This document shows positions 1-35,757 of a stretch of DNA of 64,000 nt, piece by piece. The position numbers and the translations under genes are program-made. Source of the stretch: Podarcis melisellensis (taxonomy: Eukaryota); the NCBI GenBank assembly GCA_964234715.1, contig OZ174289.1. One strand, given 5' to 3'. Position 1 is the stretch's first letter. Every line of letters starts with the position of its first letter. The notes below the pieces were generated by a model that was not told the origin of the DNA, did not search any database, and was given only the letters and a program-made list of their open reading frames with translations.

Positions 1-103
1 AACTGAATTGAATTTCTCTCCCCCCACCCCCACCCCGCTGTCCCTAACTCTCCACCCCACCCATCTTCCTTATGTAAGAACTGTTGCTGCTGGCCAGTTT
101 GTG

Positions 104-106
<3 letters not shown>

Positions 107-137
<31 letters not shown>
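107..137. repeat. (CA)n microsatellite
   Basis: Direct. Confidence 0.95.
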
Positions 138-140
<3 letters not shown>

Positions 141-486
141 CAGTTGATGTAATCAGATTGCTGCCTCCCAAGGCCTTTGGGGATTTGTCTTCTGCAGCTA
201 CATTCCCAAAGTGAAACATCTAGATCGTGCCATGGTCACACTAGTTTCTACACACATTCTTGCCCGCCGCTCTCTATCCTTCCTCCAGGCGAGAAAGAGG
301 CATGATCAGAGCTCAATGATGAATCCCAGCCGGGGGAAAGTAAGCAAGACGCAAAGCAGGGCCAGTGAGGGGTATGTCCTGAGGAGAGAGGGTTTGTATT
401 GGGGGCAGGTGTGTGTGGACTAAGGAGACTCTAGGTTTTGTAGAGTGGGCATGTGGCCTGGGGAGAGGGAGTACATCCTGAGGGTA

Positions 487-712
487 CAGTGGTACCTCAG
501 GTTAAGTACTTAATTCATTCCGGAGGTCCGTACTTAACCTGAAACTGTTCTTAACCTGAAGCACCACTTTAGCTAATGGGGCCTCCCGCTGCCGCTGCGC
601 CACCACCGCACAATTTTTGTTCTCATCCTGAAGTAAAGTTCTTAATCCGAGGTACTATTTCTGGGTTAGCGGAGTCTGTAACCTGAAGCGTCTGTAACCC
701 AAGGTACCACTG
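487..712. mobile_element. Tc1/mariner (Tigger-like) MITE
   Basis: TIR CAGTGGTACC...GGTACCACTG, TA TSD. Confidence 0.9.
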
Positions 713-2088
713 TATTTCCTTTGGGGAAGAGGTGTGTCTTGGAGAGAGGGTGTGTGGTCTGGATGGAGGAGGTGTGACCTGGGGAGAGGGGTATGGACTG
801 GTGAAGTGTGTGTGCATCTCGGGGAGAGTTCTGTGGGCCAGACAGAGAGGTCTGGAGGCCTGTATTCTGTCTGTCAGGCCTGAAGCTTCCCAACCCTACT
901 CTAACATATCAAGAATGTAGAAGCAGCTATCAAGTGTGGTATGACGGTCAGTGGTACTGGAGCAGGACAAGGGGTTGTAGGGAGAAAAGAAATGCTAATT
1001 GTCCACTTCATTGCTGAAGTAGTACCATGACAGTAAAGGCTTCCCCTTCCCTGAATAGAAAACGTTCAAGGTCTAAAATTACTTAAGAGTGTACATAACT
1101 GGCAAATTATTGTCCATAACGCTTCCCCCCCCCCCGGTTTGGGGATTGCCTTGTTAAAATGCTGTTAGTGTGATGACATGCAAGCAGTTTTGGTGCCTCG
1201 GGTACTTCCTAAAAGTTAAATCTTGGGCAGTGGTGGCAGTGGTAGAGGAATGGATGCTTCTTGTTCCCATTGCGCAGACATGTAAAACCAGATGCGTGAT
1301 GGGCGTTAAGACATTATATCAAAGGCTCACGACTTTACACTGCCACTTCGCCAAAATGATTTTGTACAGCTGTGAATGGTGCAGAGAAGAGCGATCGGGA
1401 TGGTGGGACATCTGGTGGGCAACTGTGAGACCAGGATGCTGGACTAGGTGGGCTCCCTTTGGCCTGATCCCGCATCAGGACTCTTCCTATGTTGTTATGT
1501 TTTGGAGTGGTGGTTGCTTGTTCTCTGAAGAATTTGTAAAAGAAAAAAGAAGCCCTTCAAGCTACTAGTCCACAAAAAGACAGCAGGATCCTGTGCAAAA
1601 AGACTCCATTGTCACGGAGGGAGACAATTAGGAAGAAAACAGGTAACCCAGAGTGGGGGATAGCTGCCCCCTAGTGTGGTTTTGCTGGCAGGCGCCCATG
1701 GGACTTGTAGTCCAAAACATTTGGAGGCTATCAAGTTTATGAAGTCTGGTTTATTATGTCCCCTACCAAGTTAAAGATGAACAGGATGATGACTCCTTGG
1801 TTTTTAATTTTGGGTGGGTGGGTGGGCGGAGCCAGCATTGCCTGACAATGTTGTTATCTACAGTTCAAAACACACATCGGCAGCTGCAGGGTATGTGAAA
1901 CGGCAGACTGTGCTTCATGTTCACGTACACACATTATTTACCTTTGTGTGCCTTTAATGTGAAATACACACCCACTTTCCCGCTTTGAGATTTGGGCCCC
2001 ATCTGCACCATACAGTATCATAGCACTTTAAACAGTCATGGTTTCCCCATAAAACCTTGGGAATTGTAGTTTGTTAAGGGTACTGAGC

Positions 2089-2092
<4 letters not shown>

Positions 2093-2146
<54 letters not shown>
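2093..2146. repeat. (GA)n microsatellite
   Basis: Direct. Confidence 0.95.
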
Positions 2147-2149
<3 letters not shown>

Positions 2150-2357
2150 GACAGTACGCACCATGAAGTTGTTACAGTAAGTACCACACTTTTAACATTT
2201 GGGTGAAAAAGGTACTGGTGCTGCATACCCTTTAGTACCCCCCCCAAAGCACTGAATTGCTAGGCAACTCCCTATTCCCCTCACAGAGCTATAATTCCCA
2301 TAGTTCCCTGTGAAGAAGGTTTGGCTGTTAAAGCACTCTGGGGTTGTAGCTCTAGGA

Positions 2358-2818
2358 CAGGGGTCAGCAACCTTTTTCAGCAGTGGGCCGGTCCACCGTC
2401 CCTCAGACCATGCAGTGGGCCGGACTATTTTTTTTGGGGGGGGATGAACAAATTCCTATGCTCCACAAATAACCCAGAGATGCATTTTAAATAAAAGCAC
2501 ACATTCTACTCATGTAAAAACACCAGGCAGGCCCCACAAATAACTCAGAGATGCATTTTAAATAAAAGGACACATTCTACTCATGTAAAAACACCAGGCA
2601 GGCCCCACAAATAACCCAGAGATGCATTTTAAATAAAAGGACACATTCTACTCATGTAAAAACACCAGGCAGGCCCCACAAATAACCCAGAGATGCATTT
2701 TAAATAAAAGGACACATTCTACTCATGTAAAAACACTAATTCCTGGACCATCTGTGGGCCTGATTTAGAAGGTGATTGGGCCACATCCGGCCCACGGGCC
2801 TTAGGTTGCCTACCCCTG
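2358..2818. mobile_element. hAT (Charlie-like) MITE with internal 71-bp tandem repeat (~3.8 copies, 2463-2735)
   Basis: TIR CAGGGGT...ACCCCTG; perfect 8-bp TSD CTCTAGGA. Confidence 0.9.
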
Positions 2819-3889
2819 CTCTAGGAAGAGAAATAAGGGTCTCGGAACAACTCTCAGGGCCCATAACAAACTACACTTCCCAGGATTCTTTGGTGGCAAG
2901 AGGGGGAGCCATGATCATGAAAGTAGCACAATATTGCTTTATATGTATAGGGCAATGGGATCAAAATCAGGATGAACACCCATTGTCCTATAACAATGAG
3001 CCAGTGCGTAAAATGGTTAGTGTTGGACTAGGACCCAGGAGACCAGGATTCAAACCCCCACTTGGACAACCTTGGGCCAGTCACTACCTCTCAGTTTGAA
3101 CTCACTCACAGGGTTGTGGTGGGGATTAAATGCGGTTGGAGGGGGGAAACCTGCACACTAGTTTGAGAAAAAGGTGGGAGATCAATAACGTAATGTAATG
3201 TAACGTAACGCAACAACATCCTTGCAAACAAATCAGAATAGATGCTCAGTAAAGAGTGGGCATCATATGAGAGCTAGTGTGGTGTAGTGGTTAGAGTGTC
3301 AGACTAGGACATGGGAGGCCAGGGTTTGAACCACCATTCAGCCATTAAGTTCACTGGATGACAGTCACCGCCTCTCAGCCTAACTTACCGCACAGGGTTG
3401 TTGCAGGGATTAATTGAGGAAGGGAACAACCACATATTGCCTTTAATCCTGACATTGCACAGCCCAACGTCCTTCCCTCTGACAGTGGCCGTTTCCCCAA
3501 GATGCCCTACATGATATACTCGTTTTGCTTGTGCATGCCTTGGACACCCTCAGGCCAAAACCCTCTTGACGAACCACAACATTTGCAAAGGGCAAAAGTT
3601 CGGCATTGTCGAGCTGAGATTTGATCCTGGAGGAGGAGCGGCGGCAGCAGCTCTGGGCCGGTTCCAGCCTTGGTGTGGGACTTCCCAGTTTTTTGTAGGG
3701 ATATGGAAATAAACTGAGGGTGAGGGGAGTCAAAGGGGGGTGGGGAGAGAGAAGAAAACCTTGAAGCACACCAACATGTGCACACCACACAGCCCCTGTT
3801 TTACTGGGGGGGGGGGGGGGAGAGAAAACCCTTCCTTAATGTTGTGGGTTTTTCATGTGCATGCAATGCTTGGCCTGACTCCAGGCTGA

Positions 3890-4346
3890 AGCCTGGCCCC
3901 GCCACCAATGGAGGCTGCTCCCAGCTAAGGGGGCTGGAGGAAAAGAGAAAGGGGGTGGGAGGTGGGGAGAGGCAAAGAGAGAGAAGGAAGGAGGGACAGA
4001 GGCTAAAGGAGACAGCAGCTTTTTCTTTCCCGCCTCTCTCCCTCTTTTAACACACATATACAGAAATCTCTTTTCCATGGCCTCCGTCAGGGTGTTGCCA
4101 TAGAAACTGTAGTGACAAAGGCAAGGAAGTCTCCTGGGCCTGTGTGTGGAAGGACTGGAGGGAGAGAGGAGGAGGAGTCTGAGCCACAAGTTTGAGCGGA
4201 TCTCCAAACTGCTGGAAAAGTTGCTTGCGAAGCGGGGTGGTGTTGGGAGAGATGCTGGGAAGCCCAGCGCAGCGGAATCCATGGCAGTAGGAAGGCTGGG
4301 ATTGCTATGGCGGTGGAGGCAGCTGCACAAAGGCTAGGCCTGTCAG
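3890..4346 (+). promoter_or_regulatory. Candidate promoter and non-coding first exon of the DDR2-like gene
   Basis: Repeat-free, GC-richer stretch; CCAAT at 3905; X-box GTTGCCATAGAAAC 4094-4107; donor-like cag|gtaggg at 4346; coding exon 1 has an acceptor and so needs an upstream exon. Confidence 0.4.
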
Positions 4347-6964
4347 GTAGGGCCCTTCTCTGCAACTCTGGTCAGCCCCCTTTGCAAATTCTCCTGCATG
4401 CTTTCTCTTTTGTTCGGGCTCAAGACAATGTTGGCTGCTTGCCCTCTTTTCCTGGAGCCACTGAGGCCCAGCTGTGGAGGGACGGGACTCAGCTGGGTGC
4501 CCTGGCCACAGCAGGCAGGAGTGGGCAACGCAGAGGCCAGGAGGGGCGCAAAGATGCTTCGCCTTTCCCCCGGGAGGAGGGAAAGGGGTGTCGGCATCCT
4601 CACTTTGTGTGTGGGGAAGATGGATCAGGCTCTTTTATTTTCGGAAGGGCAGGAACTGGTGTGCTTCGAGTGTTCAGGAGATGCGCAGCGTTCTCTCAGT
4701 CAAACAAGAGTAGGAAATACATGACGTTCTCTTCTCACGTGAGGAGAGCCAATGTGCAATGTGTTACTTGGTGAAAGTGTACCATGTTTTCTTGCAACAA
4801 AAGCAGGCCCTGGCCTTTGAACATAAGACACGCAGAAGCATTGGTGACGTTTGGGGAATCAATACGCAGCATGTGCATGCCATGATGATAGTGATGAGCA
4901 TGATCCACTTTCTTGCTTTTTGAAATGGTCTGGATGACACATGGGTGGCTATGCTGTCATAAATCCATCATTTCTGTTTGCCCAATTAATTTCTAATCCA
5001 CATTTATGCCCCTCCTCCCACATCTCTACATTGGTGGGGAATCTGAGGGCTGGGGTCCTCTTGTGGCCCTCCAGGTCTCTCTGTCTGGCCCTAGGAACTA
5101 TCTCCAAGCCAAGTGTTATAGACTAGTTGGAATATGTGCTTGAGCTCTGATCATGCTTCTTCCTTGCCTGAATTGAGGTTTTGGAGAGGCGTGTGAGAGT
5201 GTGTAGAACCGTGTCTACTGTACAAAGGGATTTTTTTTTTGCATTAATTGTCCCTGCTTTTTGCCTCTGGCCCTACCCACCAGTGGCATGAAGCCCCTGA
5301 AAAGTTGTGCAGAAGGGAATGCCATGCCCCATTTGGTTTGAAGAAGTTTCTTCACCCTTGGCTTACAAGTTGAAAAGCTACCTCTGCTCCATTTCTTAAC
5401 TGGCAAACATGGAGCTTCTGCCATGATAGAGTACCTTTAGCCTAGCTGAAAATACTTGCCTCCACTTTGACCGCCCTTAATCCCGGAAATGGCCTGTCTG
5501 GTGTATTGCATCTGTGCTTGACTTCCCACATGGTGGTGCCACTACTTGAAGCTGCCCAACTCGTGTTGTACATTACATGTATTGCTCCAACCACTTTTGT
5601 TTCTGGCCCTGCCCACCACCGGCTTACAGCCCTGGGTGGTTATCCAGCAGGCATTGTGGCCCTCTGGCTGAAAAAGCCAGCACTCTCTTGGCAGCTGAAA
5701 TGTGTGGGCCCAACTCAGCCGATTCCAAACTGGGGAGAAATCTAGAGATGTGGGCAAAGGGATGGAATGAGGCAGAACAAATAACAAGCATCCTTTCGTC
5801 TGTGGAGGGCGCACCAGGCTGTGGGAAGTGGGCAGGAGCTTGTGTGTCACTCCACCAAGGTTTTGAGAGAGGAGCAGGAGGTGGGCAGATGCTGAGGGGC
5901 CCACTTCCTCCTCGAAACAGCTCCCTGCAGAGGACTTGGAGGAGGGGTGTGTTGTGTGCTATCAAGAGTGGTGCGCATGTAGCAGTGTTTTGAGTTTGCA
6001 AGAGCATGAGCACCAGGAGCCTTGCATGTGCAAGGGCACACAAGAGGCAGTGCACACGTATGTAACAGAATGAGAGATGAGACAAGAATAAGTGAGTGGC
6101 TTCTCTCCAGCATAGAATGGGTGCCTTTGCCCTCACCCCTCCCGCCAACTCAAGGTTCAAGCAGCTGTTCTGTCTCCTCTTCTCCTAGCCCGCCTCTTTC
6201 TTTCTGTGATGGGCTCCCAATGTTTCTGTTCATCCAATGGCTGTGGTGGATTTTTTTTTTTAATGTACATTTTGCCAGCTGTTAGCAATTAGCAACTAGA
6301 TCCACCCCGGGCCCCCGGCGAGGAGATCTTAACACTTTCATGAGCTCTCCGTCTGGACAATTTGGGCTGCTTCTGGTTTCACCTTCCTATCTGTGCTTGG
6401 GCATAAGTGAGGAGGTTTGGGACAAATGTATATTACCGATGGGAGGGATGCAAAGGAATCCCATTACATTGAAAAGGGTGGAAAGGAGTTAGGGCTGCTA
6501 AACCCAGCCCCAACCAGCACAACTTTTGCAATCAGCACAGACTGGGGTAGGAATCTTCTGGAGCCTTGTTGTCTAGGGGGATCAATGGCCTGCCTCAATA
6601 TGAGGCAGCTTCCTGTATTCCTCCGAAAGAGAGAGTCTGTACATGTTTATGAGGACTTAAGAACAGCCTTGTTCAAAGATTTAAATATTTCAGAGAAGTG
6701 TTTGTGGAAAGCATGTTAAATTCTTCAGTGCAGCAGATTTTTATTTGGCGGAATGCACAGTTTTAATAATTATATTGCCTGTCATGTATTTTGTTTTGTT
6801 TTATGTATCTTGGCTTCAGCTACATAAGTAAATAAGTAAACCCTACCCTGGAGGGCTGCTACAAGTCAGTGTAGACAATATAGAGCTAACCGGATGAATG
6901 GTCTGACATGGTACAGTATAAGGCAGCTCCCTATGTTCTTATAACCTGGAAATATTTTTAAATA

Positions 6965-7418
6965 TGGTGGCACAAAAATGGAAACAGGAAGAAATCCCAA
7001 TGAAAGAAGAATGGAGAATGAAGTTGATGGAATACGCAGAATTAGACAAGCTAACGGGCAGAATTCGGAACTGGCGAGACCAGAGATTTACCGAGGACTG
7101 GGATAAATTTACAGAGTATATTAAGAATATATGTGAAGGTCAATTAACGTTTGTAGGTTTTCAAGAAGCTCTGGGATAATAATGGAAAGAATTTTTTATA
7201 ATAATTGTTAAGATTAATTTGGTTAAAAAAACAAAACAATATAGATGCAAGAAATGTGAATAATTGTGAAAACATGAAAATTTCCAGATAGACTGAAGGA
7301 AGTCTGAAAGTGGAAAGATTAGATTTGGATGTATAATTCAAATGGAATGTTTTTTTCTTTCTTCTTTATTATTTATTGTTAAATTTGAAAATTTTATAAA
7401 TAATTTTTTTTTAAAAAA
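6965..7418 (+). mobile_element. 5'-truncated L1-clade LINE
   Basis: ORF2 C-terminal remnant (AQKWK..IP..EEW..KL.EYAEL), A-rich tail, 16-bp TSD GAAATATTTTTAAATA. Confidence 0.85.
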
Positions 7419-8160
7419 GAAATATTTTTAAATAAAAATTCACCCTGGAGGTATTCTATGAATGTGTGCTTCCTGACACCTATTTTATTGATCAACCGGA
7501 TCTATTTCTGGACAGATTAGCTTAAGCTGGCTATTTAATGAGCATTTATCCTGCTTTGCTTGTAGGAAGATTAGCTTATGGCATGTGAAAGCAAAGAGTC
7601 TCCCTACTATTCCAGTACATTTCCCCTTCACCTTCCTTATCTCAAAAAGTCAAGTTTTTTGTGGGGGTGGGGAGTGACCTCCCAATCAATTATAATTAGA
7701 TAAGCTGAATTTCCCAGTATGTGGCTGAATCCTACCCCAAAATAGCAAGTCCGAACATGCCCAATGAAACACTCAAGGGTCAGCACCTATGATAGCCAGC
7801 TAGCCCACCCCTATGATGTTTTCTTGCCTTTGCAGCCCTTGGATAATTTGCATACAATTTACATGCATGATTATCCCTGTCATATAAGATAGTAAACTTG
7901 CATGCCCTGGGTCCATAAATCTCTATTTACTTAAAGAGTTGGCCAGGGGTGAATGCAGATCTTGAACCAAAAAAACCCCCAAAAAACGGTTAGACACCGC
8001 TTTTGTATCACCATAGGTACACATCGCCTGAAAATCTAGCTGCAAGCCAATCATGTCTTTCTTCCTTTTCTCAGAGATCTGAATGGCAGTGACTGGCGGC
8101 CAGGGAGGACCGCCCGACTGACCCCGCGGGCTGTGGGCATCGTCTCCCACATCTCCAAGG

Positions 8161-31145
<22,985 letters not shown>

Positions 31146-32806
31146 CCTGCAAAAAGCACCTGAGGGACACAGTCGAGATACCCACCTGCCTCTTCTTGGC
31201 CTAAAACATTCTAGCATTTTGGTTGTACCCCCTTGCCACATTGTTTGAAACCAGGTGGATTTCAACAGAAAACTGAGGCGACAGCTGGGGTGGTTATCTC
31301 TTGGGATTCCTTTGGAACTGGGTGTGACGTGCCCTTTCTACTGCGTATTGTACCACAGAGTTTGCATGGGCGTTTGCCATGACCAAAGAAATACGGCTGC
31401 TCTTGAGGGGGCTTCACTGCCTTAGTCAAAATCCACTTTCTAGGACCTCTGCTCCAAGGAGGCAGCCATGGCAGCTGCTGCCTCCCTCAGCCATGGCCAA
31501 GAGACTCTCTGGGCTGAGGAAACATCTTCTCATGGGCCTTCCTTCCTGGAGAGGGTATTTGTATCAGCCCATCCTCCTCTTCTCCTCACAAAAGTGGCAA
31601 AAAAACACTCTCTTTGAAGACTATAAGAAGAGTCCTGTTGGTTGGCCAGGCCAGGTGGCCCATTAATCCAGTATCCTCACAACGGCCAACCAGATGCCCC
31701 AGTGGGAAGCGTGGTGGAAGCGGGACCTGAGCACAACAGCGCTTTCCGCACTCGTGATTCCCAGCAACTGCTATATTCAAAACACAGTTGGGGTTTATTC
31801 CACCTGTCAAGAAAGCTCAGTTCTTCAAGGGTGTGTTCACTCTTCCTGGAAGCCATGTTGGTGTGTTGTTCTCCCTGAAGGAATCCTACAAGGAACAGGA
31901 GGGCAGCCATTTGTGACCAGAACAATAGCAAAGAGTTGCACAGCTTCATTTTCAGGGGTTTGAGGGAGGTTGTTGTGACTGCATATTTGCAGGGAGGGTG
32001 TACGTGTGTGAATTCTTACACACTGGATTTTTAAAATTGTTTTAAAAAGGAGCAAAAGAATGTTAATGGTCAAAGGAAGGTCACTGAGGGCTCTTTGGTA
32101 AATAGAGGTCTTTTTTGTGGTGGAAGATCTTTTAGGGGGAAATAGTGGACACTGTTACTACTGTCATGATGATGCTGATGCCTTGTGTGCTAATGAACTT
32201 GTTGCCAAAACGGACTGACATAGATATCTGGTCGCATCCACACCATACAACTGAAGCACATTTAAATCACTTGACTTCCTTTGAATGAATCCTGGGAATT
32301 GTAGTTTAGCCCTTACAGGGTTGCCATTCCTTGACCAACTGCAGTTCCCAGGATTATTTGGGGGGGAAGTCATGTGTTTTAAATGTGTTTTAAATGTATG
32401 CTGTAAATGAAACCTCCCTCTGTATCCAGATACAACTTTATTAAGGCACCAAAAGGGAATTAAAAGTGAAACCTGGGGCTTAATCATGGGGGGGGGGGGA
32501 GAGACAACTAATCTCCAACGGAAAGGGGTTGTGTAACCTCTCACTTTTTGGGGTGGTCAGGGGCACCAAATGGTTTTCAATACAAAAGGAAAGGGGTGGG
32601 TGGGGGTTGAAGAAGCAGCTTTCGAAAAGCCCTCACCCCCTGGGAAAAGAAGATTATTAGGAACCTGCAGCAGTATATTCAGGGAGCCAGAAATTTGGGG
32701 ATAACTGGAATTCAGATAACCTGAGCATCAGATATATAATTGTTAAGTAGCAAAGAGGTTTTTGGAAATGACTGCAGTCTGGGTTGTTGATGACATATTA
32801 TAAGCA

Positions 32807-33012
32807 CAGGCAACCTCCCATTTACGCGAGGGTTACGTTCCGAGGCACTATGTGCATCCGTGAAATCGCTTATAATTGAAACACCACTGAAAAAGCCTGC
32901 AAATGCCCCATTCCGCCCCTTCTTGTGACTTTTTAGGTTACTTCTGGGTTTGGGCCGATGCACATATGTTCGGTCATGCACATATTGAATGCAAGTAAAT
33001 GGGTTTGCCCAT
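32807..33012. mobile_element. Degenerate Tigger-like MITE in the probable DDR 3'UTR
   Basis: Imperfect inverted ends CAGGCAACCTCCCATTTAC / GTAAATGGGTTTGCC. Confidence 0.55.
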
Positions 33013-33194
33013 AGTGATCCTTACTGGAACTCACACAATGGCCAACCAGATTTGACTATGGGAACCTGTCCTTCCTAAGCAGCAGTGGCTTATCTTCATT
33101 GCTTCATTGCTTTTGGTGGCCCCTCCTGCCCTATAACACCACCCTCCAGCTCCACCCTGTCCTAAATCTTAGAACAATAAAGAGTCTTTATATG

Positions 33195-33540
33195 GCATAA
33201 GCTTTTGTGGACTATAGCTCACGTCATCCAGTGCTTGAAATATTGGACAAAAGGATCTTTAGCACATTATTTGTGCTTGCCAATGCCAGGATTTCTGTGT
33301 TGTCAAGAACTGTTTAGTGAATTGCTACTGTTAAGAACATGATTATCACTGTCTGTACTTTTTCATTTCCCTCCGACCTCACTTTTTACAATCCCCACGC
33401 CTCCCAAACTGTGTGTGAAATGTGCTTAAAACTCAGGATGACACCTTCATGCAACTGATGAACATGTGGTCTGTAGTCTACAAAGGTTTATGCTTATGTT
33501 AGTCTTTAAAGTGCCACAAGATTCTTTGCTGTTTTTGCAT
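33195..33540. mobile_element. Two Penelope-like fragments in opposite orientation (33195-33234 -, ~33448-33540 +)
   Basis: Resemble the reptile Penelope terminal sequence CTGATGAAGTG.GCTGTAG..CACGAAAGCTTATGC...GTTAGTCT.TAAGGTGCCACAAG. Confidence 0.6.
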
Positions 33541-35493
33541 CTGCTCCTCTGGACATGGCTCTTAGAGCCTCTGAAGCAATTTCAGTGCTTCTCAGGCTTG
33601 ACTTTTTATCTTGGTGTGTTAAACTGGAGACCAAATATTTTTGTTTGTCTCATCATTCTGAATGTGAAATTTCAGCCAATTTTTTTCTCATTTCACTCCT
33701 ATGTGTGATGTTGTTCCTCCCCATCTTTTAGCTCCCCCTACTGCTAAAAATCGGGCTTTCAGCCGTTCTCAAGCGTCTCACCTCCCTAGATTCCTCCCCA
33801 GCACTACACAGCTGCTTTTCTCCCTAACTCTGGTGTGAAATTCCCCTCTGCACCAGAAAACCCCCAAACCACTTTCCTAGCAGCAAGTGTATTGATTTTC
33901 AACATTCCATGACTGAGCCTTCCCCTCTGAAGTTAGAAATGTTAGCAAACATTCCATGGCATGCTATGGGTGCCCATGCCATCACCCGCTTGATGTTAAG
34001 TGAGATGTTCACATGGAAAATTCACGAGTTGTGCCACTCCCCTTCCCAATGTGGTATTATTATTGTCCTCTGTGCTTCCCGCTCCCTACAGCGGTTGTCA
34101 CAACAGCCATATGAAGTAGCCATATGAATTTCCATTTTATAGGGAGGATTTTTAATGGCTTTCCTACAGTCAGAATGACAACCATCTGGTTTCTAGTCAT
34201 TGGATCCCGCTGGACTTGTTTTACCATGTAAAATACTAGTTTGGGTCAGAAGTCCTGTTTTTTTACCCCAGTTGTCATGGAAATGACAAAACTAACAGCT
34301 ATAAAGGAACTACCTTATAGTAGGCCTGACCACAGGGCTCTCTCTAGCTTGGGGACGGGGGAGGGATGCCCTCCAGAAGCTGCTGGACTATAACACCCAT
34401 CATCCCTGATTTTTAGCTATGCCGGCTGATGCAAGTTCAAGTCCAATAACATATGGATGACAATAGGTTCCCCATCCCTGCTCTAGCCTAGTATGTCTAC
34501 AGTGGCTGGGCAGTGGTGTTAAGGAAATCTTTCCCAGCACTGAGAACTGGAGATGTGAACTGGATTGAACATGAAGCCTTAGAGACTCCAACCGGGTGCT
34601 CTTCCACCAAAAATGTATGGCAAAGGAGCTTTGGCACTGGAGAGAACTTTGCCATACATTTTGGGGGTATCACCAGTGGCTATCTTAAATCCCTGGCCAT
34701 GTGAGAAACAGGTAGGGTCCCCTTTCTCCTCTGCCTTGAACAGCAGCCTGTTCTGCTGTGACATGCATAGGAGATGGTAAGGGAAGCCTCACTGGCTGAT
34801 TTCTCCAGGGATGAGGAACCTCTGGTCCTCCAGGTGTTGCTGGACTACAACATCCGTTGTTCCTGACCACTGGTTGTGCTGTCTAAGGACTGATGGGTGT
34901 TGCAGTGCAACATCTGGAATGTCATCTGTTCTACAACTGTAGGCTGTAGGAACAGGCCAGGATGTTCTTCCTTTTGATCCTATGGTCCTCTGGCCATTTT
35001 AGGAGTCAATTGCTAGGTTAAATGTTGCAAATGACCCAGCAAATGACCAAGGCAGGGTGCAGCCAGGCTTTTCTAGTGCACAACCCAGCGACAGAAGATA
35101 GGAATGAAGGATTTTGTTGAGAGAGCACCTTTTGCCTCATCTTTTGAGGGCAGCCTGAATTGGGACACCTTCTTCCCGTGTTACTTGAAGTTCGAAACTG
35201 TGGATATATCAGCCATTTTGTCCCAGAGCACATATAGTTCCCTCAAACAAGGCCTCTCTCTCTCTCTCCCCACTGCTGCCTTATTTTTTGCTAACCAAGC
35301 TCAGATTTATGTTGTTTGTTTCGGCTGTTGTATGACTGTGTACATATTGTATTTAGAAATGGCATTCAGATGTGTACATAATATAATATATATGAATTTA
35401 ACCAGCATCTCCTTTGCAATCACACACCTTTGCCATGGAGGCTTGTTTTTGTCTTGTTTGTTTCATTTTGTTTTTTTACATTGACAAATGACC

Positions 35494-35499
35494 AATAAA
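35494..35499 (+). terminator. Candidate distal poly(A) signal of the DDR2-like gene
   Basis: AATAAA with U-rich upstream sequence, TGTA motifs and a downstream GU/U-rich tract. Confidence 0.55.
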
Positions 35500-35698
35500 T
35501 TCTGTTGGTTTCTTTTCTCTCCCTGTTTCTGCAATTTGTGAGATTAATTTCCCGTGATTCCCAATGGGATTGCAATACCAAATGCATTGAGCTGGTTTTT
35601 GAGAGAGCCCACAAACATTTAATTGGTTAATCAGTCAAATTAATGAATTTAAAACATTTCATCGACAAAAATTGTGTCCAGACTAATTAGAAAGTTGC

Positions 35699-35699
35699 A

Positions 35700-35755
<56 letters not shown>

Positions 35756-35757
35756 AA
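35699..35757. repeat. (AAAG)n microsatellite
   Basis: Direct. Confidence 0.95.

Noticed and set aside
2463-2735. Regular direct repeats superficially like a CRISPR array
   Set aside because: Eukaryotic context; contiguous 71-bp units with no unique spacers, inside an hAT MITE.
3443-6285. Cluster of overlapping 90-178 aa ORFs on both strands
   Set aside because: No recognisable domains or exon structure; expected by chance in GC-richer promoter/intron sequence.
6964-7179. 71-aa ORF as an independent gene
   Set aside because: C-terminal remnant of L1 ORF2, bounded by a TSD.
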